Positions 11,745 to 24,354 of a stretch of DNA of 64,000 bases are shown in pieces; position 1 is the first letter of the stretch, and the number at the start of each line of letters is the position of its first letter. The position numbers and the translations under genes are program-made. Source of the stretch: the human T2T-CHM13v2.0 reference genome, Homo sapiens; assembly GCF_009914755.1 (NCBI RefSeq), contig NC_060933.1; one strand, 5' to 3'. The notes beneath the pieces were generated by a model that was not told where the DNA came from, made no database searches, and worked only from the letters and a program-made list of their open reading frames with translations.

Positions 11745-14058
11745 GTATGTGCAGGTGCTGAGCTCAGAGCCTCTCTGCAGCCCAGGGAAGGCTTACTGGG
11801 TGTTAACCATGTTCTCTGCTAAATACCCAGCAGCACTTAAAATAGTGCTGCCACATAGTAGGTGCTCAATAAATATTTATTGATTAAATGAATGCATGAA
11901 TGAATCAATTAACCAAGCAAGCAGTCTGGAATCTCTAAGAAAAAGGGTTCCTGTGCAGAGTAGTGTTCCACACAATACTTACCAATGTTTTTGTGTAGGT
12001 TGCAAATCTCCAAGACCATGGGGCTGAGTATTTTGGAATGAATATCTTACAGTGAGAACATAATTGAATGGGCTGCTTTATGACAAGGTGAGCCCTCTGT
12101 CAATGAGATGCTCATTCATTCACTAATTCATTGCAAAGCATCTGTTCACTGGAAATTGGATGCTATAGTAAGTACTAAAGAAAAAGAAGCCATTAAGACA
12201 AATCGAGTCCTTCTTCTGAAGGAGCTTAGTGCCTAGTGGTGGAGGAAGAGTCAGACAACTCATTAATGATGACCCCACTGTGTGATAAATGCTGTCAAGG
12301 GAATTGTAGGGTGTTGTGGAGGCACAGAGAGATTCAAGGGAGGTGCCTTGGAAAAGTGACATGGAAACAGCTAACTAGACAGATCAGCAAAGGGGTGTGT
12401 GTTGGGGAGAAGGAAGAAATATATGTAGTAGGCACAGGCATGGATAGTATGTGGAAGCACATTGATGAGAAAAAAAAAAAAAAAAACATGCCACAGATTT
12501 TTTTGTTTGTTTGTTTTCTTTTTCTGTACTCACCCAAGCAATGAGGCTGGAAGGGCCAGCTGAATCCACTGGTGCAGGGCCTGTTGATTTAGTCAGGAAG
12601 TGTGGGGTTGATCTTCAGGACAACAGGGAGCTGTTGCAGGAAATGACATGGTCAGATCCTGGTTGACAAAGTCTCTTCTAGATACTCCATGTGGGTGTAG
12701 CTTGGAGTCTAGCAGTAAGACTGGTAGCAGGGAGACCCCCTCCCTCAGACAGTCATCAAAGGAGTCATGGAAGATAGGACGTGTCCTGCGTGAGATTGGT
12801 GGTAGTGAATGATTTGGAGTGATGTGACAGAATGTTGCTTCAGCAAGATGGTGCTGTAATGTCCCAGGTGGGGCTTGGGGGAGTGGGACAGGTTGTCCTG
12901 GGATTTGAGGATTTCTGTCACTAAATGTAGCATTTTCCAGGGCTGGTCAGTGGACTTTGCCTTCAAACTGCAAGCACACAGGGCACATTCCTTACTGCTG
13001 GGAATGCCTATTTGTACAGAACTTCTGGACTTGCTCTTCTTAGACACCTACTTCCGTGTGTCAGACTTGGCAGGCCTGAACTCCTGTAGAAACAATTAGA
13101 CTGTTTTGGCAGTGAGGGACCTCACTCAAGCACACATCCCTTTGATGTGTGCTTAAGAGGGAAAATGTCCTTTGCTTTTAAAATCCCAGATCAACGTTTG
13201 GCATCTCCAGTCCCTAGGATTTAGCGGCTTCCTCCTTGAATGAAAGCCTCCAGGCTGCAATGATTGTCCATCCCTTGACTCCGTAGCATGGTCTTGCCCT
13301 CCACCCAGCTCCACCATCGTGTAGTTTGGTTCAAATCTCCATTTACTCTTTCATTTTTCCTAGGCTTTTTTTTGTCTTTGTACCCTTCTCTCTTGACTAT
13401 TGAGCCGCCAAATCTGAGAGTAGGGAGTGGATCTTTGAGCAGTTCATGAGTTCAATCCATCCATTTTGCCAAAGGGAGAACTCAAGTAAGGAAAAGGGAC
13501 TTGCCTGTGGTCTCATAACATGGAGGAAAAACATGGAGGTCTCCTATAGCCATGGAGAGTGCCTACTGTGTGCCAAACACTACAACAAGTTCCTAGTAAC
13601 TCCTCTAGAGCTAATAAAAGACATACAAATCAACACTTGATGTCCTACCATTGAACTGTATTTCACAGTCTGTTTTGTGAAAGAAGTCATCATGCCCTGT
13701 GAGGTCTCAAAACCTCAAGATTCTCATCAATAAAATGGAAATCGTGATCTGGGAGGCACTATAGACAGCAGTTAAGAGCATAGCCTTTGGACTCAAGTCC
13801 AACTTATCCTTTTCCCAGCTGGTTAACTTAAGGCTGATCATGTAATGTCTCTGAGTCTCAGTCTCTGTGTCTTTGAGATCTGAAATATGTAATTCATGGA
13901 GTTATTGGGATCATTAAAAGTGAGCTAACGTTAAACACTAAGCATTGGTCTCCTAGTGCCTGGGCGAGACTCTGAGCCGTCACCTTGGGAAGAAGGGTAT
14001 TTCTCCACATCTAGAGCTCAGTCTGCCACTCCTCACTATGCACGACTCTGCCTTTCAG

Positions 14059-14242
14059 ACGGGACCCAGCGTCACAGTGACCTGTACAGAGGGCAAGTGG
14101 AATAAGCAGGTGGCCTGTGAGCCAGTCGACTGCAGCATCCCAGATCACCATCAAGTCTATGCTGCCTCCTTCTCCTGCCCTGAGGGCACCACCTTTGGCA
14201 GTCAATGTTCCTTCCAGTGCCGTCACCCTGCACAATTGAAAG
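14059..14242 (+). CDS. PAPPA: PAPPA exon 15 (TGPSVTVTC...PAQLKG; CCP1/CCP2)
   Basis: ctgcctttcAG acceptor; AAG|GTATCA donor; 184 nt, phase 0 to 1; sushi Cys/Trp pattern. Confidence 0.97.
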
Positions 14243-14589
14243 GTATCAAGAACGCCTTCCCCAGCTCAGCCTTCCTTTGTCTATGGGAAACCTAGAAGCT
14301 GCATCCAGGCCCTCTTTCTGGGTCTCAAACACCAAGGGTGGGATGGGTTTTATCTATGCTCCTGACTTCTTCCTACTAATTGTATTTATGTAAACTGCCC
14401 TGCTATGCAGATAAGAAAGAAAAAAGAGTGTATGGATAATTATGACAGTGAAGCCCTTTCCAAGACCTTGGAAATCTTGCAAAAAAGAAAAGAAAGAGAG
14501 GATAAAAGTGAAGAAGGGAGGGAAGAAGGAAGAGAGAAAAAGAAAAAAAAGTTACATTTGGGACTGATGAAACTAATTCACTCTGTATG

Positions 14590-14740
14590 ATTAGGGCCAG
14601 TAAGCCTTATGAGGTAAGCGTTACTATTATTCCCATTTCACAGATGAGGAAACCAAGCCTCAGAGGGTTTAAAGAACTTGCCCAAGGCTGCACCATCAGT
14701 GGTGGGGACCATATTGAAACCCAGGTCTGTTGTTCTCCAA
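14590..14740 (-). mobile_element. MIR
   Basis: ttattcccatttcacagatgaggaaaccaagcctcagagggtttaaagaacttgcccaagg. Confidence 0.7.
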
Positions 14741-15524
14741 TGCTGGCTGCCACTCATTAAGAGGGGCCAGCTGGGCAGAGAAGAGCAGATATGGACAGGA
14801 AGCATCTGGCATCCTCCTGAGCTAGGCACCAGGGCTATTGAGGGGAAAAAGACACTGGCATACCAGAGAAGAGGTCACATTTTAGAAAAAAGTGAGTAGC
14901 TGGCCTGGGTGTCCTAGAATGCTGGGACTAGATGTGGAATGTGTTAATAACTCCAGACTAGGAAATCATACTTCTCTCAATCAATCAGAGGCTTTTGGGA
15001 AAGGGAGGTGTATAAATTAACATTGATTATTACAGACCTCATTGTGGCTAATAATAATACTTAATCAAAATGATGCAGATCCTTCCACTGCCAACTGTTG
15101 TTGGGGAAGTGTGACCTGGCTGGGGAGACAAGGCCTTAGGAGGACCATCATTTTGACAGTTGGTGATCCCAACTTTGCTTTTCCTTTGACCATACAGGGA
15201 AATATCTCTCTATTTCCATATTGATCAACTAGGACCAATTGCCACTTCATGCAACTTGGTTGTCAGCATCATCTAGTGTTCAGAGTACTGTGCTGAGGCT
15301 TCTGCTTGGATCTACTGGCAGCAAGGACTGGGCAAAGGTCCTGCTGCCTTTCTCTTGAACTTGATATTGCCACCTAATTTGCCCTCCCACCCTCATCTCA
15401 AGCCAGGGGGTAAAGAGGTGATCAATTTCAACTTTCCTTCTTTTACTTGCTTCCCTTTTCTCCTTTCTACCTTTTGTTTTTCCTTTGATCATAACATAGT
15501 TTAAGCAAAAAGGACAACAGTTTT

Positions 15525-15982
15525 TTTAAAAAAAACTTTTATTTTAAGTTCAGGAGGACATGTGCAGGTTTGTTATATAGGTAAATTTGTGTCATGGAGG
15601 TTCATTGTACAGATTATTTTATCACCCAGTTATGAAGCCTGCCTTAATACCCTTTAGCCATTTTTCCTGATCTCCTACCTCCTCCCATCCTCTTCCCTGT
15701 GATAGGCCCCAGTGTTAGTTGTTCTCCTCTATGTGTCCATGTGTTCTCATTATTTAGCTCTCATTTATAAGTGAGAAGATGCAGTATTTGTTTTTTTGTT
15801 CCTGCATTAGTTTGCTAAGGATGATGGCCTCCAGTTCCATCCATGTTCCTGCAAAGGATATGATCTCATTCTTTTTTATGGCCACATAGTATTTCATGGT
15901 GTATATGTACCACATTTTCTTTATTCAGTCTATCATTGATAGGCATTTAGGTTGATTCCATGTCTTTACTATTGGAAATAGT
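15525..15982 (-). mobile_element. L1 (old L1PA/L1PB) 3' UTR fragment
   Basis: Reverse-complement L1 3' end: ttttattttaagttcagg...catgtgcaggtttgtta...ggcctccagttccatccatgttcctgcaaagga. Confidence 0.9.
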
Positions 15983-18900
15983 AAAAGCACTAATTTTAAA
16001 CAGTCAATAAATAATAATGATAATAATGACCAGCTTGAAATCCTTTCTGCCCTCAGTTTTTGCCCCACCTGGCCCTCTCCTCTATTTGTACCTCTTGTCC
16101 TTCTTAATCTGTCTTCTTCCTCTGTACTTCCGTTAAAGTCTACCCCTTACCAAGTCTACCCCCCTGCTCCTTGCAATCCCCCCGTACCAGCCCTTGGCTA
16201 ATGCAGCCAGTTGATTGAGTGATTGTCCTTATTCCAGTCCAGCTAGTGCATTTTTGTTTCCTCCAAACAATATAGTGGCCAATATTCTTTCACATTCTAA
16301 CATGCTAGAGATGGACAAGAACTCAGAGACAGCTTTGGTTTAGGGACAAACAAGTTAGGTGATTTGTTCAAGGTCACAGATAAATTCATACTTTATGCAT
16401 TCAACAAATGGATACCGAGGACCTACTATTCGCTCAGCAGTAGGCTAGGCTCTGGGAGTAACGAATATACAAGATACAGCCCTTGCCTTAGGATCTAGAA
16501 AGTGCCAACACCATGAGGCAAGTGCTTAGAATACCAGATTGAAGGTCTAGTATTTCTCTCCTTGAGTTCTGTTCTATGTTAATTTTAATCTTTACAGCAC
16601 TCCCAAAGAGACTTGATCTCCTGGGTAATCTTTTAAATGAAGTAATAAAAATAAGTACCTCTCCTTTGACACTGCTACAAGTTGACAATTGTTTTAATGC
16701 TCATTAGAGATTGGAATTTCCTTACCCACATTTGTAGACAGGCTGGGCAGGATGTATTTTTCTGCATTAAAAGATGAACAAGTGAACTTACAGGGTCCCA
16801 AAACTTGACGGACCCAAAACTTGATGGAATCTAATCTCTAATATCAACACCTCTATGAAGAGACGTTACCCTCTACCAGGAACTTCAGGCTCAGACATGC
16901 CTTCACTTCGTGTCTTGAGTCATGTTCCCCCAGGAAATACGGTGGGGGAATGAGGACAGGAGACATGGAACTGACAAAAGTCAACAGGCTCTCTTCTAAA
17001 GCAAGTTGCCACTGTGGGCAACTAGAGCTCAGTCCCTCTGGGAAACTCTGGGAGACGGTGGAGAACATGCCTCCGAGTTATTGCAACTCTGGAAACTGGC
17101 ACATGAATCCAACAACTCCACCATTAGTTTAGTGGTGCTTCCAGGGGCATTAACTCCTTGGTACTTTAAACTCACCCTGCATATGGACAGAGTAAGCATC
17201 AATGACCAGTATAATAAGCATCCATGAGCAGTATAATAGCCCTCAGGCAGAGAGTTGGCAGTGCAGTAAGCATCTTTCACAGTATACAGGCCAGTGCCAA
17301 GAAGACAAACGAAGGGCACATCATGTATCATACCCTACTTTCTTCAAAGCCACATTGTAGATGCAGGGTAGTGGCTACAGCTGGTGCACAGAAATACTGC
17401 CCAGTTGAAAACTCTCTTGGAGTTTGTTGCAGGGGTGGGGGGACATATCCATGGTCCTGAATCACCAGTGCCTGCTTTAGCTGTGGTGCACTGCTAACTT
17501 CTATTCACCCTCTTCCAGAAAGCACATTTCTGGTTTGCATTTTCTCTCTTGATTAACATTTTGGAAACTTTATGTTCTCTTGTCACAGAAAACCACGACT
17601 TTCACTTCATAATTTACAATATACATAGCTAATACAATGTACTTTTTAAGAGTCCCAACACCTTTTCCACAGATATGTTATCTCTCTTAGGCAATTTGGA
17701 GAGGGTGTGCTTCCTGTACTTTATATACAGCTCCCCTTCCCACTAACCTTGTGCATTAGCTGGGCACCCCAAAGCAATGACTGCCCCGATTACAAGGGCA
17801 ATGCAAAAAGAAGTTTGTAGACACTGACTGGTATTCTGGACGCTTCTATGCTTCTATGGAAACCAAATGAATCACCTTTCTGCACACTTTACTCTTTTTA
17901 CTTGATGTTAAAATATATATAGTTGTCAGTCTCACAGTTTGTCAATGTGGAATCCCCTATGGGGTTTACAGACACCAATCTGCCTTGTGCTAACCAGATG
18001 AATCATACTGACAAAGAAGAAAAATGAAAAAAATGAGAAGGAATAAGATAAGTGGAGGAGCGTACATAAAATTGCAAAGTACTTTCTCCCCTTTCTTCCT
18101 TTTCCTGCTTTTTCTTATAGTACTTGGCACCTTCTGGCACACTAAATAATATACTTTTTAGGATAATTTATTGTACTCCTCCCTGTCCCACTAGATTATA
18201 AGCATCAAGAGAACAGAGCTATTTCTATCTTGTTTTGTTTTATTTTGTTCACTGCTTTGCCTTCAACATATAAAAGTATCTGGTGCAGAATAAGCACTAA
18301 ATAGATATTTGTTGAATGAATGAAGACTTCTGTGAAGATTCTTTCAGAGCTACTAATGAAGATGAAAAGAAGAAGGAAAGTGGGAGGAAGCAGGGAAGTG
18401 AAGAAAGGAAAGGAGGGAAGAAGGAAAGAAGTTAAGAAGCAAACGAAGACATTGACAACACTTTTATAGGCACTTTTCATAAATGTTGTTTTATTTCATC
18501 TTCTCAGCACCCTGAAAGGCAGAAGCAATTGTTTGCTTTCCACAGATAGAAAAATTGAGATTTGATGGCTCCGGAATGAATAATAAGGGCCCTGCTGATC
18601 ATACGTAGTAGCCAACTTCCCATTAAAAACAACCATCTCTGTAGTTAGACAGAATTTGTTTTGAACCTCAGTTTTGTCTTTTGCCAACTATGATAACTTG
18701 GTCAAGTCACCTCTTTCTGAGTCTTCATTTCCAAATAAAGACTGTCATACTAAATGCACTGTTTATAGTGAGAATAAATGAGATTGCATATCAGAAGCAC
18801 TCGGTACATAGTAACTGCCCAGTAGATGTCAGTTTTCTCCCTACCACTCCACCTCTCCAACCTGCAAGTCCCCGAGCCCCCGACATGTTTCCAGCCCTGA

Positions 18901-19738
18901 TTGTCAACACCATTCAGTAATAACCAGGAAAAGGAGAGTTTGGTGGAGAAACACAAGTTTCAGGTCCTCCTCTAGTTGTCTTGGGAAGGTTTTAGGCGGG
19001 CTGTGCCTCGATAATATATGAGCTGGCAGTGAAAAGCCTAACTCCCGTGTTTTACTTTTATTTGCAACGTTCCCCATCAGACCAGCTTCCCAATGGCAGT
19101 CAGCACTCTGTCAGAGCTGGCATGGGCTACGGGGGAAGTGCTGCTCTTTCACCTGCTTTGGCAAAGCTTCACTGAGCACCAGGACCTGAACAGAAAATCA
19201 AATCTCCTAACACAATGCTGTCACTTCCAGGCATTGGTGGTGGGAGCTGGGGGAGGTGGTAGGCAGGACAGATACAGGGGTGCTGGGCCCAGGGGGAGAG
19301 TGGCAGCTTGAGGTCATGCACTCACTGATATCAGAATTTGCTGTAGTTTCTGGTGGGAGTTTTTGCTGCCAAGTATTAGAAGGCAAGTGCCTCCATCTCT
19401 GTGCTCAGATGCCCATTTGTAAAGTAAGAAAAATGGATTCAAGGATTGTGAGTGTGTCTTTTCTATGCAGCAGAAGAGGCTCAGGATCAGAAGTCAGAAG
19501 CCTTGGATTTTAATTCACTGTAGACATGGGGGTAATTCACTCCCCCCATTTAGATCTCCTCTTCTTTGTGGCAGCTCTCTTGATTTCCCTAGGCTCCTCA
19601 GTTGGAAGTAGAAGGGGTTGGAATTCCACATAAGGGATCTCCTGGTTCTTCAAGTCAGCTAAAATCCAAGTAGCTATACATTAGCTTGGCTATCAGAGAC
19701 TCCTCCCTCCTCTAACCCTGCTTGCCTATGTCTTCCAG

Positions 19739-19949
19739 GCAACAACAGCCTCCTGACCTGCATGGAGGATGGGCTGTGGTCCTTCCCAGAGGCCCTGTGT
19801 GAGCTCATGTGCCTCGCTCCACCCCCTGTGCCCAATGCAGACCTCCAGACCGCCCGGTGCCGAGAGAATAAGCACAAGGTGGGCTCCTTCTGCAAATACA
19901 AATGCAAGCCTGGATACCATGTGCCTGGATCCTCTCGGAAGTCAAAGAA
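19739..19949 (+). CDS. PAPPA: PAPPA exon 16 (NNSLLTCMEDG...SSRKSKK; CCP2/CCP3)
   Basis: CTAAC branch point at 19712, tcttccAG acceptor; GAA|GTAAGT donor; 211 nt, phase 1 to 2. Confidence 0.97.
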
Positions 19950-20654
19950 GTAAGTGGGGTTGGAAATGCAAACTTATGGTCTCTGGGAGGACAAGAGTTA
20001 GGTTCAAATGCCTGACTGGACGGAAGCACTCATTTCTTCACTGGAGGTAATGACTGCCATTCATCCCATTCTGTTCTGTGAGAAGCTAGAAGGATTTGTT
20101 AATAATATTAGCTTTGGGTCAAACAGAACAAACTTTAAGTTTCAGCTTGGCTGCCTAATGGCAATGTGATCTCAGACAAATGACTTTACTTCTCTGCACT
20201 TCCTTTTTTTTTTAAGCCACAAGAGGGGTATGATAATAACAGTTACCACGTAAGGTTGTTATGAAGAACAAATGAAGATGTGCATGTAAAGTGCTCACAA
20301 AATGCTTTGCACGTAGTAGTTGTTCAGTAAATGGTGGGTAATCATAACATGATGGTTCCAACACACATCAGAACACTCTGCAAAAAAGGGGAGAGAACCT
20401 GGGGCTGAAGGGCATGAGTTTTGTCTCAATCTACATGTAGCTGGAAGCATGACATTTCTGCCTGCTCTTGCTAAAGGAGTTCTGTGGATGAATTATCCTT
20501 AATTCCTGCACGGGTCCCACCAGAACCCAATAGGTCAGGTGGGGAATCAAAACTAGGAAATAGGAAATGGGGGCCCAGCTGGTGGTGTTCATGCAGGGCA
20601 TGGATCTAGCCATTTGGTCCTTGAGATGTCTCCTGTTTGATCCTTTCCTTGAAG

Positions 20655-20826
20655 ACGGGCCTTCAAGACTCAGTGTACCCAGGATGGCAGCTGGCAGGAG
20701 GGAGCTTGTGTTCCTGTGACCTGTGACCCACCTCCACCAAAATTCCATGGGCTCTACCAGTGTACTAATGGCTTCCAGTTCAACAGTGAGTGTAGGATCA
20801 AGTGTGAAGACAGTGATGCCTCCCAG
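20655..20826 (+). CDS. PAPPA: PAPPA exon 17 (RAFKTQCTQDGSW...DSDASQ; CCP3/CCP4)
   Basis: tcctttccttgaAG acceptor; CAG|GTAAGC donor; 172 nt, phase 2 to 0. Confidence 0.96.
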
Positions 20827-21589
20827 GTAAGCCTCCTGGAACTTGAGATTGATACCATGGTCCCTTTCCTTTCTGCTTACCAAAAACTAGCCTGTACTTC
20901 AGGAACCACTTTCTGCACTTTTGTAATCTCTGATCCTCATTTTCCTACCCGCAATACTGTTTTTGATTTGCTCAGAGATTCTTAGCTTTGAATTTTTTTT
21001 TAAGCATTGGAACTTTTATGAAGGAAATCATACATGGAATCCCAATGTATGAAGTTGATAAAAGTTAAGTTCCTCAAACAGGAAATGACCAGGGCTCTTT
21101 TCCCAGTTTGCTACCTCCATTACCACCCATGTTGGTCCTTGAAGTATTTAAAATCACAAGACTGCAACTATATTTAGACATCAATTGGCTCCTGAAGCAT
21201 AAGGAAAAAGGGGACCATATTTAGATGAGAAGTACAGTTTTGAGAACACCATGGAAGAAAGGAAGAGCAGAAGGAGCAAGGTTTGAATTTTATCTCAATC
21301 CACATGTAACTGAGAACAAGTCCAACACTCCTGCCTGCCTCTGCTGAAGGAATTTTCTTCAAATCCTACACATGCCCAAAAGGATGGTACGGGAATCAAG
21401 AATAGGAAAAAGGAACAAAAGGCTGAAAAAACCTTAAGTCCACAAGGAGCTCCATCTCCATCAAAGCAACCATGCAGAGTTGATAACCCAAGTCCTGTGT
21501 TTCACAGGTGTGCAAGGATCATCAGCCAGGTGGGGATAGATTTCAGTGCAGGCGTCGTCTTCAATCAGTCTTTATTGGTCTTTATTGTT

Positions 21590-22290
21590 AGCCTCCAGAT
21601 ACCAGGCACTGCCAAATCACCATTCTGAATCCCTCTCACTCCCTCCATATCCAAGCAATTACTGAGTCATACCCATTCTCCCACAACAGCATCTCCTGAA
21701 GCTGTTCTCTTTTGTCCCCAATGCCACTACCCTCACTCAGGCCAACATCAACTCTTTGATGAGCCACCATGCAGCTTCGTGATCATTTTCCTGTTTTAAT
21801 TCCTGTGCCTCTTTCCAGTACATTCTTCACATTTCAGCCAGAGTGATTTGAGCAATTATGTCAATCTCTCTGAACCAGGAGCCCCCGTCCCTTAGGATAA
21901 AGTCCCAACTCCTTAGGGTGACATTTAAGACCCTTCCCCCATGCCAATAAGATGGATTTTCCCCCCACACCTCTGCATTCTCTACCTTAAAAAGAGTTAT
22001 CCTTGTACCTTTTTCAGCTGTCTGACACCTCATCTTCCTTCGCAATTTAGCCCAGGCACCCTTTCCTGCAGGAGCCCTTCCTCAATATCCCTTCCACTGC
22101 CGGGCTCCGTGCCCCTCCTCAGGTTCCCCCTTCACAACATTGGCCACACTGCGTTGTCACTGCCTGCTTTCATTCCACATCCCCACACTAGGCTGTGAAA
22201 CAGTCCTTCACTGCATCCGCACCCTTCCCTGTGCCTTCAGCACTTAGGACAGTGCCAGGCACCTAGTAGGTACTCAGGAAATGTCACAGG
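21590..22290 (+). mobile_element. L2 fragment
   Basis: Pyrimidine-rich L2 body ending acagtgccaggcacctagtaggtactcag. Confidence 0.6.
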
Positions 22291-23586
22291 AATTAAGGGC
22301 AGGAGGAAGGACTGCAATGAACATCAAAGGCAGGTTCCTCCTTTTACAGATGAGAAAACCAAGACTCAAAGAGGTTACTCAACCCCCCATGGTGACACAG
22401 CTGGCATCGGCTGAGTCACAGTCAGAATCCAGGTTCCCCTGTCTCCAGCTGTAAATGGGCTGAGTCCAGTAGGCACCACCTGAGAATCCTGTTCTCATAC
22501 ACTCTCGGCGTCTGTTTGCATTCATGGGAGTCATTCCCATCCTTGACTGCCAGGGAGGCAGAAGCCAGTACCGGAACAAACAAAGGCTAGAGATTACCAC
22601 GGCCTCTTGCAGGCTGATCAGCTTCCCCCTCACTCCCTTACATAAAACTGTTGCTAACAGTTACCCAAACTGCTGAGCCAAATAATATTCTGGCTGCGGT
22701 CATGTTATCAAACTGAAACTCAGCCTGCCTGGGGCCTTCCAAGTAACTTTCATGGCCAGTTTGTATTTAAAGGAGAGGAAAGTGTAAATGTATCAGACGA
22801 CTCAAGCAGCTCTGTTTGGCAACTAACGGAGAGGCTAGTCGCAAAGGAGCAGGGTATTGCTTGTCTGCTCAAAGAATGAGGGTGTGCGTGCCAAATGGAC
22901 TCCTAATACAATTGACGTTTCTACTTTGTACTGAAAATGAATTTCCTCTACCCTCAGATCAGGGCCTGAGAGCCAAATCTAGTATTCACCTCAGATTCCC
23001 TCTTGCTGCCTATAAACATAGCAGAAATGCATGGCCCAGAGCATCTTGAATCAGCTTGTATGGAGCAGGGATTCTTTGCTTTCCAAACAAGTTTCAGATC
23101 CTGGCGGGAAAGGATAGGGGCTGTTGTAGGGGAGAGTCACACACTCTCTTCCACTGCCACTAAAAGCAAATAAAAACCTGACTTTATTCATTCCTTGGGA
23201 GCCAGTATGACACTGGATCTGTAGTTTGAGTTCAAATCCCAGCTTTATTACCTAGTCACTAGAGGCCAAGTTACTTAACTCGTTAAGCTTCACTTTTCTT
23301 GTGTATAAAATGAGGAGAAAGAATACTACATACCTAATAGTTTGTTTGTGAAGGTTAAATGAGGTAATGAAAATAGAGCATGTCTATGGGTACCCACTGG
23401 CCTTGTGCAGTGCACAACCTGTGCAATCATATGTGGTAGCCCTGGGGAATACACAAATGAACTAGCCTGCTTTAAGGTCACTCCAGTGGCGAGAATCCCT
23501 TATGCTCTATGTGAGCTCCTGGAGGGTCTAGAAACACAACAGATTGCAACCTAGCCCTCTGCTGGCTAGCTCTAAAAACTGAGAAG

Positions 23587-24007
23587 TTTTCTGTTTTCTG
23601 CATATGGCTAGCCAGTTTTCCCAGCACCATTTATTAAATAGGGAATCTTTTCCCCATTTCTTGTTTTTGTCAGATTTGTCAAAGATCAGATGGTTGTACA
23701 TGTGTGGTGTTATATCTGAGGACTCTGTTCTGTTCCATTGGTCTATATATCTGTTTTGGTACCAGTACCATGCTGTTTTGGTTTCTGTAGCCTTGTAGTG
23801 TAGTTTTAAGTCAGGTAGTGGAATGCCTCCAGCTGTGTTCTTTTTGCTTAGGATTGTCTTGGCTATATGGGCTCTTTTTGGCTTAAAACCTAGATGACAG
23901 TTTGATAGGTGCAGCAAACCACCATGGCACCTGTATACCCATGTAACAAACCTGCACGTTCTGCACATGTATCCCAGAACTTAAAGTAAACAAAGCAAAA
24001 TAAAAAC
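23587..24007. mobile_element. L1PA element with 5' inversion (ORF2 fragment on -, 3'UTR + tail on +)
   Basis: 23594-23881 translates on - to L1 ORF2 ([17 protein letters not shown]...[16 protein letters not shown]); 23882-24007 is the L1 3' end on +; TSD aaaa(a/c)ctgagaag at 23574-23586 and 24008-24020. Confidence 0.93.
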
Positions 24008-24141
24008 AAAACCTGAGAAGGAGGCACCCATCCTGCATGAGGCCAGGATGTGGAGTAGAGAGACCAGCATGAGCTTTAGTCAAACCTGGTCCCTTGCTCA
24101 AATAAACCTGTAGAATAAATAGTCCTCTAGTTCCTGTAGAC

Positions 24142-24354
24142 CAGCACTTTCCAGTAGAACTTTCTGCCATGATAAAAATATTCATATCTGTGCCAGGCAA
24201 ATGATGACCACTAGCTGAATGTAGCTATGGAGCACTTGAAACATGGTTGCAGCAAATGAGCAACAAAATGTTAACTTTTATTTAATTTAAAGTAATTCAA
24301 AGTTGAAGGCAAATAGCCATACTTATACAGTGGCTACCATATCAGATAGTCCAG
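24142..24354 (+). mobile_element. MER3-like hAT-Charlie DNA transposon
   Basis: cagcactttccagtagaactttctgccatgat...agcacttgaaacatgg...tggctaccatatcagatagtccag resembles the MER3 consensus as recalled. Confidence 0.8.

Noticed and set aside
23528-23968. 146-aa ORF resembling a retroelement protein
   Set aside because: Chimeric read across the L1 inversion junction; a dead ORF2 fragment, not a gene.
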